The notes under the pieces were generated by a model that was given only the letters and a program-made list of their open reading frames with translations, did not search any database and had not been told where the DNA came from. From positions 1-54,816 of the forward strand of contig JAQURY010000001.1 of assembly GCA_028715395.1 (NCBI GenBank): 54,816 nt of DNA, given 5' to 3'. A program made the translations under genes and the position numbers. Below, piece after piece: positions 34,274 to 45,580 of the stretch (its first letter is position 1; each line of letters opens with the position of its first letter). The DNA comes from Minisyncoccota bacterium (GTDB taxonomy: Bacteria; Patescibacteriota; Minisyncoccia; UBA6257; 02-FULL-45-10c).

Positions 34274-34801
34274 ATGCCGTTTTTAAAAAAAGCCCTTAAA
34301 AACAATAAAGGATTTACCATTATTGAATTATTGGTCACCTTAAGCATATTGACCGTGATTTCCGGAATGATGATTGTTTATTCGCGCGGAGGAGAGAGGC
34401 AATTATTGCTGATTAAAGAGCAGACCGAAATTGCTAACGCGATAACGCGGGCCAAATCGCTGGCGATACAGGGTTTTGAAGTGGAAAATATTTGCGGTTA
34501 TGGAGTTCATTTCTATCAGGAGCCTACCGGTAACGGGGGGTTTGATATTTCCAGTTATGAAGATTGCGGCAATTTCGACCCGCCTTCCCGGAAAGTTTAT
34601 CAGAGCAACACCCTGGATCCCAGAGTAAAATTTACGGCTTTTTTCAGCGATGTGATTTTTATGCCGCCTGATCCGGAAGTGAGTTTTAATCCCCAGGTTG
34701 GCATTGACCCGCGGGTTATAGAAATAAATTCCACAAGCTTGGATTTTTATCCATTGCAAATAAAAATTAACGGAGCAGGGCAAATTTCAACGACTCAATG
34801 A
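34274..34801 (+). CDS. minor pilin (GspH/FimT-like)
   Basis: NKG|FTIIELLVTLSILTVISGMMIV prepilin N-terminus with Glu at +5. Confidence 0.7.
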   Translation: MPFLKKALKNNKGFTIIELLVTLSILTVISGMMIVYSRGGERQLLLIKEQTEIANAITRAKSLAIQGFEVENICGYGVHFYQEPTGNGGFDISSYEDCGNFDPPSRKVYQSNTLDPRVKFTAFFSDVIFMPPDPEVSFNPQVGIDPRVIEINSTSLDFYPLQIKINGAGQISTTQ

Positions 34802-35313
34802 TTAAAAATTTTAAAAAAAGAGAAGGACAAGTAATTGTGGAATCTATTATTGCCATAACTATTGCCTTGGTGGGAGTTTTAAGCGTTTTCACTCTTTTGA
34901 ATAAATCTTTAAGTTCCAATGTTTTTGTCGCCGACCAATATATCGCGTCAAATTTGGCTGCCGAAGGTATCGAAATAATTAAAAATCTTATTGATAGCAA
35001 CGTAAAGCAAGGATTGGCATGGAATACGGGAATAGGCATCGGTAATTTTAAAATCGACTACAACGATAAAGTTTTAACGGATTATGATCCGGCCTCTCAT
35101 GAAAAGCTTAAAATGGACAGTGCAACCGGAATTTACAGTTATGGCGGAGACACTGAAACAAAATATGAACGGAATATTTCAATCAGCCAAAATAAAGTCG
35201 GCGATTCCGAGGGAAATGACGAGATAGTAGTGACCTCGACGGTTTTATGGAGCGGCCAAGGCGGTTCGGAATTTGATGTCCGACTGGAAGATCATTTCTT
35301 TAATTGGAGATAA
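34798..35313 (+). CDS. pilin-like protein (PilV-like) with atypical Gln at +1
   Basis: REG|QVIVESIIAITIALVGVLSVF, hydrophobic N-terminus with Glu at +5. ATGA overlap with the upstream gene. Confidence 0.5.
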   Translation: MIKNFKKREGQVIVESIIAITIALVGVLSVFTLLNKSLSSNVFVADQYIASNLAAEGIEIIKNLIDSNVKQGLAWNTGIGIGNFKIDYNDKVLTDYDPASHEKLKMDSATGIYSYGGDTETKYERNISISQNKVGDSEGNDEIVVTSTVLWSGQGGSEFDVRLEDHFFNWR

Positions 35314-35317
35314 TTTT

Positions 35318-35815
35318 ATGGAAAACAAATCTAAAAACAATTCTGGATTTACAATAGTGGAGCTGCTGGTGGCCATGTCTTTGTTTATGGTGGTGACGGC
35401 GATTGTCGCGGGAGTTTTTATCAGATCCTTGAGAACCCAAAGGATATCAATGGCGCTGGTTTCCGCGAATAATAACGCCGAATTATCCGTTGAGCAGATG
35501 GCGAGAGAAATAAGAACAGGCTTTGATTTTTTGGTTTCAGGAGACGGAAGAATAATTAATTTTACTTCAAAAGGAAAAGAAATTTCTTATAAAATTGAAG
35601 GCGGTTCTTTGCAGCGGTCAGTTAATGGCGGAATATACAGCAAAATAACCGCCGACGACGTAACTGTTTACGACACTTCTAAATTTATCAGGCTGGAAGA
35701 CGCTCTTTTTCCGGAACGCATTACCATAATAATGAGAGTTGGTTCTCCGAAAGCTTTTGACGCGGAAGAATCGCTTATTGATATTCAGACAACCGTAAGT
35801 TCGAGAATTCTATAA
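35318..35815 (+). CDS. minor pilin (PilW-like)
   Basis: Start moved to MENKSKNNSG|FTIVELLVAMSLFMVV. Canonical prepilin motif. Confidence 0.65.
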   Translation: MENKSKNNSGFTIVELLVAMSLFMVVTAIVAGVFIRSLRTQRISMALVSANNNAELSVEQMAREIRTGFDFLVSGDGRIINFTSKGKEISYKIEGGSLQRSVNGGIYSKITADDVTVYDTSKFIRLEDALFPERITIIMRVGSPKAFDAEESLIDIQTTVSSRIL

Positions 35816-35816
35816 T

Positions 35817-38248
<2,432 letters not shown>

Positions 38249-38252
38249 GGCT

Positions 38253-38540
38253 ATGAGCGAAATTAACAAGCAAGAATTAGAACATTTGGCCGAATTGGCC
38301 AGATTGGAATTGCCCGAAAAACAAGAGAAAAAATTTGTAGAAGATTTGGGTAAAATTTTAGACCATTTTAAGGAGCTGCAAGAGATTAATACGGATAATG
38401 TTGAACCGATGATCGGCGGCACTGAATTAAAAAATGTTTCAAGAGAAGATATTGCCGGCGGAACGGATGATACCGGCAAAGGGGCGGGCGACTTTCCCGA
38501 TTCAAAGGACGGATATTTAAAAGTTCCGCCCGTATTTTAA
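38253..38540 (+). CDS. gatC: Asp/Glu-tRNA(Asn/Gln) amidotransferase subunit C
   Basis: 95 aa. LAELARLELPEKQEKKF...IL..F..LQEI pattern, and it directly precedes gatA. Confidence 0.85.
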   Translation: MSEINKQELEHLAELARLELPEKQEKKFVEDLGKILDHFKELQEINTDNVEPMIGGTELKNVSREDIAGGTDDTGKGAGDFPDSKDGYLKVPPVF

Positions 38541-38544
38541 ATAT

Positions 38545-39972
38545 ATGCACTTGCACGATTTAACGATTAAAAAATATCACGAGGGATTGCTGAATAAGGA
38601 TTTTAAGGCGCTGGAGATGACGCAGGAATTTTTTGATTACATTAAAAAAGAAGACAAAAAAATAAACGCCTATCTGAGCTTGAGCGAGAAGACGGCCTTG
38701 GAACAGGCAGAACAGGCCGATTTGAAAATAACAAAAGAAGAAAATGTTGGAATGCTGGCGGGAGTTCCGTTGGCTATTAAAGATATTATTTTGGTGGAAG
38801 GATTGCCTGCGACAGCGGCCTCAAAAATTTTGGAAAATTATGTAGCGAGTTATGATGCCACCGTGATTAAAAAATTAAAAAACGCGGGGGCGGTTTTGCT
38901 GGGCAAGACCAATATGGATGAGTTTGCAATGGGTTCTTCTACGGAAAATTCGGCTTTTAAGGCAACTAAAAACCCCCATGATTTGACGAGGGTTCCAGGC
39001 GGTTCTTCCGGCGGTTCGGCGGCGGCTGTGGCGGCGAATATGGCGGTTGCCGCGCTTGGTACCGATACGGGAGGTTCAATCCGCCAGCCGGCGGCATTTT
39101 GCGGTGTTGTCGGATTTAAGCCGACATACGGAGCTGTTTCGCGTTTTGGAACGATGGCGATGGCTTCCAGTTTGGACCAGATTGGGCCATTCGCAAAAAC
39201 CGTTGAAGATGCGGCAATTTTATTTAAAGAAATTTCCGGTCAGGATAAGCTGGATTCTACAAGTGCGGACATTAAATATGGCGATGAGATTTTAAATCCA
39301 AAATTGGAAGATATTAAAAAATTAACAGTTGGTATTCCCGAAGAATATTTTGTGGAGGGGATGGACAAGGAAGTTTCAAAAGCCGTTGATTCGGCAATTA
39401 AAAGCATAGAAAGTTTGGGAATCAAAACCAAAAAAATAAGCTTGCCCCATACCAAATACGCTTTGTCGGATTATTATATTATTATGCCCGCCGAAGTCAG
39501 CGCCAATCTGGAAAGATTTGACGGAATTAGGTATGGGACGCGTGAGAAATCAAAAAATCTCATTGAACTTTATAAGAAAAACAGAAGTGCCGGATTTGGC
39601 GATGAGGCCAAGAGGAGAATAATTTTGGGGACGTTTGTCTTGTCATCCGGTTATTACGACGCTTATTACGCCAAGGCGCAGAAGGTTAGAAGCTTGATAA
39701 AAAAAGATTTTATTGAGGCCTTTGAAAAAGTTGATGTTATTTTAACGCCAGTAACGCCGACTACCGCGTTTAAAATAGGGGAAAAAGTTGATGACCCGCT
39801 TTCGATGTATCTTTCGGATATTTTTACTATTCCTGCCAATTTAGCGGGATTGCCCGCCATTTCCATCCCGGTAAGCGGAATTACTGGCTTGCCGATAGGT
39901 TTTCAATTAATGGGGAAGCCGTGGCGCGAGGTTGATATTTTAGGCATTGGGCAATATTATCAAAGAATATAG
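38545..39972 (+). CDS. gatA: Asp/Glu-tRNA(Asn/Gln) amidotransferase subunit A
   Basis: Amidase signature GGSSGGSAAAVA and NMDEFAMGSSTENS. 475 aa. Confidence 0.95.
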   Translation: MHLHDLTIKKYHEGLLNKDFKALEMTQEFFDYIKKEDKKINAYLSLSEKTALEQAEQADLKITKEENVGMLAGVPLAIKDIILVEGLPATAASKILENYVASYDATVIKKLKNAGAVLLGKTNMDEFAMGSSTENSAFKATKNPHDLTRVPGGSSGGSAAAVAANMAVAALGTDTGGSIRQPAAFCGVVGFKPTYGAVSRFGTMAMASSLDQIGPFAKTVEDAAILFKEISGQDKLDSTSADIKYGDEILNPKLEDIKKLTVGIPEEYFVEGMDKEVSKAVDSAIKSIESLGIKTKKISLPHTKYALSDYYIIMPAEVSANLERFDGIRYGTREKSKNLIELYKKNRSAGFGDEAKRRIILGTFVLSSGYYDAYYAKAQKVRSLIKKDFIEAFEKVDVILTPVTPTTAFKIGEKVDDPLSMYLSDIFTIPANLAGLPAISIPVSGITGLPIGFQLMGKPWREVDILGIGQYYQRI

Positions 39973-40521
39973 ATGAAAGAAGCTATTAATATATCGATAA
40001 AGTTTTTGGTTGATAATTTCCTCCACATCAGGAGTTTTTTTGGTAACATTCTCGGCGAGCATTATACGCTGATAATTACAATATCTCTTATTTTGACCGC
40101 GCTGTTTGTGTGGGGCTTTCTTAATATTACGTTAAAATCCGGCTGGTACATTTTTAAAATGGAGGATTATATGGATAAATACGGCATAGGAAATCTTTTT
40201 CGGACCAGGGCCAAAAGAATTTGGAAAAAAGTTAAGGTTAAGATAAGTTCTCAGAATTCCGCGGACTGGAAAGAAGCGATAACGGACACAGATAGATTAT
40301 TCAATGATTTCCTGAAATATATCGGATATTTGGGCGCGAATTTGGAAAACAAGCTTAAAAATATAACCGCTGAGCAGATTCCCAATCTGGAAGAAATAAA
40401 AAAGGCGCACGACTTAACTCTTAAAATTAAAAACGAGGCGGATCTGGTTATTACGCAGGCGGAAGCCCTTGAAGCGCTCAGATCATTCAAGAAGGCGTTT
40501 GTGGATTTGAAACTGTTTTAA
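39973..40521 (+). CDS. hypothetical membrane protein
   Basis: 182-aa ORF with one TM (LIITISLILTALFVWGFLNI), directly abutting the gatA stop. No family recognised. Confidence 0.45.
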   Translation: MKEAINISIKFLVDNFLHIRSFFGNILGEHYTLIITISLILTALFVWGFLNITLKSGWYIFKMEDYMDKYGIGNLFRTRAKRIWKKVKVKISSQNSADWKEAITDTDRLFNDFLKYIGYLGANLENKLKNITAEQIPNLEEIKKAHDLTLKIKNEADLVITQAEALEALRSFKKAFVDLKLF

Positions 40522-40551
40522 AAAAAAGAAGCGATTAATCGCTTCTTTTTT
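40522..40551 (+). terminator. intrinsic terminator ending the ligA-gatCA-39973 transcription unit
   Basis: aaaagaagcga ttaa tcgcttctttt with A/T extensions and a T-run. Confidence 0.75.
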
Positions 40552-40695
40552 ATTGGATGCGCGGTGTCGTGGACGATATACGACTAAAATTATAGAAATT
40601 GGAGAAATTTATGTGCTAGAATTAACTCTCCCTAATAGACGTTATTAGTTTACTGGCGGAAAAATGATTTTTGGATTGAATTTTATTATTCATAT

Positions 40696-42003
40696 CTATC
40701 TCTCGTATGTAAATGGATTAATAAATGATTCACTTGTGCCGCAGACTCCGGGTTGTCGCTCGGCTTTGATATGTGTATCATCAACTAACTGCAATAAAAA
40801 TTTAGAACCATTGTTACCGCTATTAATATTCTCTTCTCTTTGATAGCAGTAAATCTCACCGTCAGCAGTAACTTCTGAAAACTCCCGATTAATTGACCCA
40901 TTATGAGTCGGGGCAAAAATAAAACTCGTCACATTAGCCCAAGACATTTTTGCCATTTCCGGCTGGATATTATCGTGAATAAGAACTAGCGCATCATTAT
41001 CATTTATGCCTACTTGCTTGATTGGATTTTTGAACCAGTTACCCGAAGCAGTACCGGCAACGTCCCACATTACTTTGCCACAAACCGGCGGAATTATACG
41101 ACGAATAAATGTTGAATATTGTCCTAAAGGTTTATCAACTGCACCAAATTTTTCCTCATACTTTGCCTTTAGCTCCGGAATATAATAATCGGCAAAGCAG
41201 GCAGTATGAACAGTATCTTTATAATACCGGTCGGGATTAATAAATCCGAGAGCTGGCTTGTTGTAGTCATACATGCCTATATCAAAACCCGAATTTGATT
41301 TATCGCTTTGGCCGCTGAAATAACCGATTATTTCTCCGGCTGAAATTTTGATTTTTTGAATATCCGGATGACAGGTTACATAATATGTTGGAATTCCATT
41401 TTGTATACCATAATCCATTTTTTGATCATTATTACAATTGGAATTTTCATCTCCGATGGCTTTTTTAAGTCTATCTGACAATGTCTTTAGGTGGATAAAA
41501 GCCAAGTTTAAACCCCTGCAAGGGGCAAAGTTCAACTGATAATCAGCAGCAGTAATTGCGCCGGTGTCTTTGTTGTGCATTTGTTTATTTTCAACCCAGA
41601 TTAAAGTTAAATTGCCTGGGGCATAAACTGTCACATTTTCCTCATAACCATTATCCGTAGGGTAAACATGATCAACCGGAACAACATGGCCGGTTTCGTT
41701 GGAATTACCCAGAGGAGTAATATAGTCAGGTTTATCACCATCCATAAATGGTTTAGTAAAAAGCGTTGACGTATCCACAGGGCAAATAGGCAGATCTTTA
41801 GCTAAAGATATATTTTCTTCTTTTTTATTAGATGGGTCTTTGGACTCTTGCGTTGCCACATATTTTTCTTTATTAGACAAGTTCTTGGACTCTTGCATCT
41901 CAGTCTTATTCTTCTGCCAATAATAAACTCCTCCGCCGATAGCTAAAATAATAACTACTAACACAATTACTTTTAATGTAGAAAATCCTTTTTTGCTATT
42001 CAT
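40696..42003 (-). CDS. hypothetical exported protein with pilin-like N-terminal leader module
   Basis: N-terminus MNSKKG|FSTLKVIVLVVIILAIGGGVYYWQKNK is nearly identical to that of 44387-44956. The ~390-aa C-terminal domain is unrecognised, with a faint M23-like pattern ISAGEIIGYFSG but no HxH. Confidence 0.6.
   Translation of the reverse strand: MNSKKGFSTLKVIVLVVIILAIGGGVYYWQKNKTEMQESKNLSNKEKYVATQESKDPSNKKEENISLAKDLPICPVDTSTLFTKPFMDGDKPDYITPLGNSNETGHVVPVDHVYPTDNGYEENVTVYAPGNLTLIWVENKQMHNKDTGAITAADYQLNFAPCRGLNLAFIHLKTLSDRLKKAIGDENSNCNNDQKMDYGIQNGIPTYYVTCHPDIQKIKISAGEIIGYFSGQSDKSNSGFDIGMYDYNKPALGFINPDRYYKDTVHTACFADYYIPELKAKYEEKFGAVDKPLGQYSTFIRRIIPPVCGKVMWDVAGTASGNWFKNPIKQVGINDNDALVLIHDNIQPEMAKMSWANVTSFIFAPTHNGSINREFSEVTADGEIYCYQREENINSGNNGSKFLLQLVDDTHIKAERQPGVCGTSESFINPFTYER
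41905..42003 (-). repeat. leader-module repeat, copy 1 (5' end of 40696-42003)
   Basis: 99 nt. By hand alignment 80 of 99 positions are identical to 44387-44485, in inverted orientation. Confidence 0.7.
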
Positions 42004-42013
42004 TTTATAATTA

Positions 42014-42041
42014 TATCAAAAATCGCCCTTGGGGCGATTTT
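42014..42041 (-). terminator. hairpin terminator downstream of tRNA-Asp
   Basis: 8-bp stem aatcgccc / gggcgatt with a 3-nt loop. The A-run on the plus strand gives a T-run on the minus strand. Confidence 0.6.
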
Positions 42042-42046
42042 AAATG

Positions 42047-42121
42047 CGCGGTGAACGGGATTTGAACCCGTGATCTCCTCCGTGACAGGGAGGCGCTTTA
42101 AACCAGCTAAGCTACCACCGC
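42047..42121 (-). tRNA. tRNA-Asp (GTC)
   Basis: Acceptor gcggtgg/tcaccgc, D arm gctt-agctggttta-aagc, anticodon arm cctcc-ctGTCac-ggagg, T arm acggg-ttcaaat-cccgt. Confidence 0.9.
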
Positions 42122-42247
42122 ATTGTTTTAAATCTACATTATTTTTATCAGAGTTTCAATCATTTGATTGAATAAGCCACAGAATAGCGTCTAATTGAAA
42201 CAAATTGTCACAGGGCTGATTTTTGTTATTATATATAGATAATATCC

Positions 42248-43495
42248 ATGAAATCCCAATCGGCTTTCACTCTCGTCGAGCTCCTTATCGTCATCGGCAT
42301 CGTAGCCGTATTATCATCCGTAGTCATACTCGTTATCAATCCAACCCAGGTAAATAAACAGTCCAGAGACAGCCAAAGAATGGCTGAATTGGGGACCATA
42401 AACAGCGCCATCGCATACTATGTATCGTTAGGCTATACCCAAACAGGCACAACCAATACGGTATATACATCTCTACCCAGCGCTCAAGCAGACTGCTCAG
42501 ACCTTGGTCTTCCGGCTCTCCCAGCTGGCTGGGACTATGCCTGTGTCACATCAGCCAACTACAGAAAAATAGACGGCACAGGCTGGATACCCGTAGATTT
42601 CACCCAGGCCCAATCAGCGGCAGGAGCTTTATTCACGTCTCTGCCAATAGACCCCGTCAATACCGTAGCCGGAGGTCTCTACTATACATACGTCAAAGGA
42701 TCATGGGCTCTATCAGCCGCTTTGGAATCCACCAAATATCTTGCCGATAATGCCGTCAACGACGGAGGAGCCACTACTACCAGATATGAAATCGGAGGAG
42801 GCGGAGACGATCTTGCCACTAATCAAGCTTGGACGGCGGCGGTGGAGGCAGAAGCCGCAACGGTTGTTGCAGATGGTTTAATTCATTGGTGGAAAACCGA
42901 TGAGGGAACGGGTTCAAGTTGTGATGATTTTATAGATTCAAACGATGGAACAATTGGAGGAACTTATGCCTGGACTACGCGAACAAAGGAAGATAGTTCT
43001 ACGGTTCCGGCAGTCGGAATGACAAATAATGGATATATAAATGTCGGGACCAATGCAGATTTTTTATTCGGCAGCAATGAATTTACTATTGATTGGTGGA
43101 TGGAAAATAGCCGTTCAGGTATTTATCCGATATCTAAAAATACGACCCCTTGGCAATTTTATGTAGATAATTCACCACTACTTCTTGCTCCAATACAGGC
43201 CGAACCCCAAGAACCATATTCAGTTTCAGAGCCTACTGACGGTACTTGGCATCATTTTGTTTATGTAAGACAATACGATCCAGTAGGTGCAAGCAGATTG
43301 TATATTGATGGTGTTTCTCATACTACCACCGGTACGGCGGACCCTCATGCTTTAACAGCAACCGGTGAATTAGTTTTCGGTAATCTATCTTGGAATTTGG
43401 CATACGGAATAAGTGGAGCTATGCAGTCAATTAAAATATATAATCGAGCGTTAACATCGGATGAAGTATTGCAAAATTACAATGCTGAAAAATAA
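42248..43495 (+). CDS. type IV pilin-like protein fused to a LamG domain (paralog of 4800-6071)
   Basis: QSA|FTLVELLIVIGIVAVL prepilin N-terminus. It shares blocks such as SLPIDPVNTVAGG and GWIPV.F with the first copy. C-terminal LamG signature WKTDEGTGSS ... IKIYNRALTSDEV. Confidence 0.8.
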   Translation: MKSQSAFTLVELLIVIGIVAVLSSVVILVINPTQVNKQSRDSQRMAELGTINSAIAYYVSLGYTQTGTTNTVYTSLPSAQADCSDLGLPALPAGWDYACVTSANYRKIDGTGWIPVDFTQAQSAAGALFTSLPIDPVNTVAGGLYYTYVKGSWALSAALESTKYLADNAVNDGGATTTRYEIGGGGDDLATNQAWTAAVEAEAATVVADGLIHWWKTDEGTGSSCDDFIDSNDGTIGGTYAWTTRTKEDSSTVPAVGMTNNGYINVGTNADFLFGSNEFTIDWWMENSRSGIYPISKNTTPWQFYVDNSPLLLAPIQAEPQEPYSVSEPTDGTWHHFVYVRQYDPVGASRLYIDGVSHTTTGTADPHALTATGELVFGNLSWNLAYGISGAMQSIKIYNRALTSDEVLQNYNAEK

Positions 43496-43554
43496 GACAA
43501 AACATTTAATTGAACTAAATCGCAAAAGAGGAGATTTTTTGATATAATTTATTT

Positions 43555-43938
43555 ATGAGCAAATCATATACAGCGCGAATGAACTCTCTTCTTTTGGTGT
43601 CATTTTTACTTGCGGTGGCGGTAGTTCTTTTCGGCGGGCTAAAAGAGAAAGAAACGATAGAAATCATCGGCTTGGTCGTGACATTGTCGGTGACAATGGC
43701 CGGCTTCGGCTTAGTCGCTTTTCAGATCGGACACAGCACGGACGAACTTAAAAAAGATTTTATAGAATCAAGCATAATAATGATTTTAAGCACTATTTCC
43801 GGATTTTTCTTTTTGGTATACCCGAATAAATCATTTTTTGGCTTGAATTTCGGAGAAGTAAGCATTTTCCTATTTTTCTGGTCTTTTATTTTATTTTTGA
43901 TAATTCTTATAGACAGAAGGTTTGATATTCTAAAATAG
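43555..43938 (+). CDS. hypothetical membrane protein
   Basis: 127 aa with four predicted hydrophobic helices. No family recognised. Confidence 0.45.
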   Translation: MSKSYTARMNSLLLVSFLLAVAVVLFGGLKEKETIEIIGLVVTLSVTMAGFGLVAFQIGHSTDELKKDFIESSIIMILSTISGFFFLVYPNKSFFGLNFGEVSIFLFFWSFILFLIILIDRRFDILK

Positions 43939-43949
43939 AATTTATTAAT

Positions 43950-44372
43950 ATGTGGTTAATTTTTGCTTTTCTTTCTTCAATTACGGCAGCCCTGGTGGCA
44001 ATTTTCGGGAAAATCGGATTAAGGGGGGCTGATCCCACTTTGGCGGCCACTATCCGTTCAATTATTATGGCCATTTTTTTGGCCGTGGTTAGTTTTTCTT
44101 TAAATAAATTTCAAGATTTTTCCTTAAAATCTTTCAGTTCAAAAGATTGGATATTAATAATTTTAGCCGGCGTTGCTAGCGCTCTTTCTTGGCTTTTTTA
44201 TTTTCTTGCTTTAAAAACGGGGCTGGCAACCAAGGTGGTAGCCATAGACCGGCTTAGTTTGATATTTGTTATAATCTTAGCATCTGTTTTCCTTGGCGAG
44301 CAGCTTGGATGGAAGGTAATTATTGGCGCGCTTTTAATGATCGCCGGAGCTATTACAATAACTTTAAAATAA
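43950..44372 (+). CDS. single-domain EamA-like (DMT superfamily) transporter
   Basis: 140 aa and four to five TM helices. The ALVAIFGKIGL ... pattern is typical of half-size EamA proteins. Confidence 0.65.
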   Translation: MWLIFAFLSSITAALVAIFGKIGLRGADPTLAATIRSIIMAIFLAVVSFSLNKFQDFSLKSFSSKDWILIILAGVASALSWLFYFLALKTGLATKVVAIDRLSLIFVIILASVFLGEQLGWKVIIGALLMIAGAITITLK

Positions 44373-44386
44373 ATAAAATATTTAAT

Positions 44387-44485
44387 ATGAATAATCAAAA
44401 AGGCTTTTCTGTATTAGAAGTAATTGTGTTGGCGGCTATTATTCTGGCTATTGGCGGCGGAGTTTATTATTGGCAAACAAATAAA
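44387..44485 (+). repeat. leader-module repeat, copy 2
   Basis: See 41905-42003. The longest identical run I found is ggagtttattattggca (17 nt). Confidence 0.7.
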
Positions 44486-44956
44486 TCTTCTAATCAAACA
44501 GCTTGTACTATGGAGGCTAAAATTTGTCCTAATGGGACAGCCGTTGGACGCACCGGCCCAAGTTGCGAATTTGCGGAATGTCCTAACAGTTTTGAAAAAT
44601 ATTTTCCTTTAATTGGCCTGACCAGAGAGCAGCTTATTGCAACGCTTGGAGAACAGCCCAATCCCATTGATGAGGGCGGGCTAGAATTTATCAAGGCGAA
44701 TATCAGGGTTTGGTTTGACCAAAAAGAGCATAAAACAGTAGAACAAGTTCTTATCTGGGATAAAACGGTAAGTTATAAAGGGCTTGGGATTGGGAATAAT
44801 ATAAGTGAATTCAAAAAAATTTTTGGCCAGCCGACAATAGAGGATGTAAATTCGGCTTATGCTAATTTTGATTATAAGGGTTTGATTTTGAATGTTTATT
44901 ACAAGCCCGAAACGGGGGAAACTACGGGCGCTTATGTTTTGAGCGTGTGGTATTAA
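44387..44956 (+). CDS. hypothetical exported protein with pilin-like N-terminal leader module
   Basis: Start moved to MNNQKG|FSVLEVIVLAAIILAIGGGVYYWQTNK (Glu at +5). This is followed by the Cys motif CTMEAKICPNGTAVGRTGPSCEFAECP and a ~130-aa domain. Confidence 0.6.
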   Translation: MNNQKGFSVLEVIVLAAIILAIGGGVYYWQTNKSSNQTACTMEAKICPNGTAVGRTGPSCEFAECPNSFEKYFPLIGLTREQLIATLGEQPNPIDEGGLEFIKANIRVWFDQKEHKTVEQVLIWDKTVSYKGLGIGNNISEFKKIFGQPTIEDVNSAYANFDYKGLILNVYYKPETGETTGAYVLSVWY

Positions 44957-44968
44957 TTTGATTTTTAA

Positions 44969-45307
44969 ATGGCAGCTGTTTTAACTGACGAAAATTTTGA
45001 GAAAGAGATATCTTCCACGGATCAGCTTGTAATGGTTGATTTTTTTGCTCCTTGGTGCGAGCCGTGCAATATGCTTGCTCCCGCCCTAGAAAAAGTGGCC
45101 AAAGATTTAGAGGGGAAATTTGCTTTTATGAAGGCCAATTTGGATGAAGCTCCTTTAATGGCTCAAAAATTCGGAATAGAGGTAGTTCCGACAGTTGTTC
45201 TTTTTAAAAACGGAAAACCGATTAGCGGTTTTGTCGGACTGGCATATGAGTCGGTAATTAAAGATTGGCTGGAAAAAAAGATAAAAGAAACAGAAAATAT
45301 TAAATAG
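44969..45307 (+). CDS. trxA: thioredoxin (WCEPC active site)
   Basis: 112 aa. VDFFAPWCEPCNMLAP and VPTVVLFKNG thioredoxin fold motifs. Confidence 0.85.
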   Translation: MAAVLTDENFEKEISSTDQLVMVDFFAPWCEPCNMLAPALEKVAKDLEGKFAFMKANLDEAPLMAQKFGIEVVPTVVLFKNGKPISGFVGLAYESVIKDWLEKKIKETENIK

Positions 45308-45308
45308 T

Positions 45309-45569
45309 ATGGAAAAAGACAAATTAATTGAAGAATATGCCGAGCATGCCAGAAAAAACAGCTTTCAATTAAATACCAATACAAAAATTGTTGAGGGGAT
45401 AATCGGGGGCTTGTTGAAAAACGAAGAAAGGTATGGGAAAAAATATTGCCCATGCAGGAGGATTTCCGGAAATCAAGAAGAGGATTCAAAAAAAATTTGT
45501 CCCTGTATTTATCATAAAGACGAAATTAAAAAAGACGGGCATTGTTTTTGCGGATTGTTTATAAAATAA
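45309..45569 (+). CDS. ferredoxin-thioredoxin reductase catalytic-subunit-like protein
   Basis: The CPC-x-CPC-x-HCxC pattern (YCPCRR...ICPCIYH...GHCFCGLF) matches the FTR catalytic chain Cys layout as I recall it. The gene starts 1 nt after the thioredoxin stop. Confidence 0.7.
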   Translation: MEKDKLIEEYAEHARKNSFQLNTNTKIVEGIIGGLLKNEERYGKKYCPCRRISGNQEEDSKKICPCIYHKDEIKKDGHCFCGLFIK

Positions 45570-45580
45570 TTTTTAGCGGA

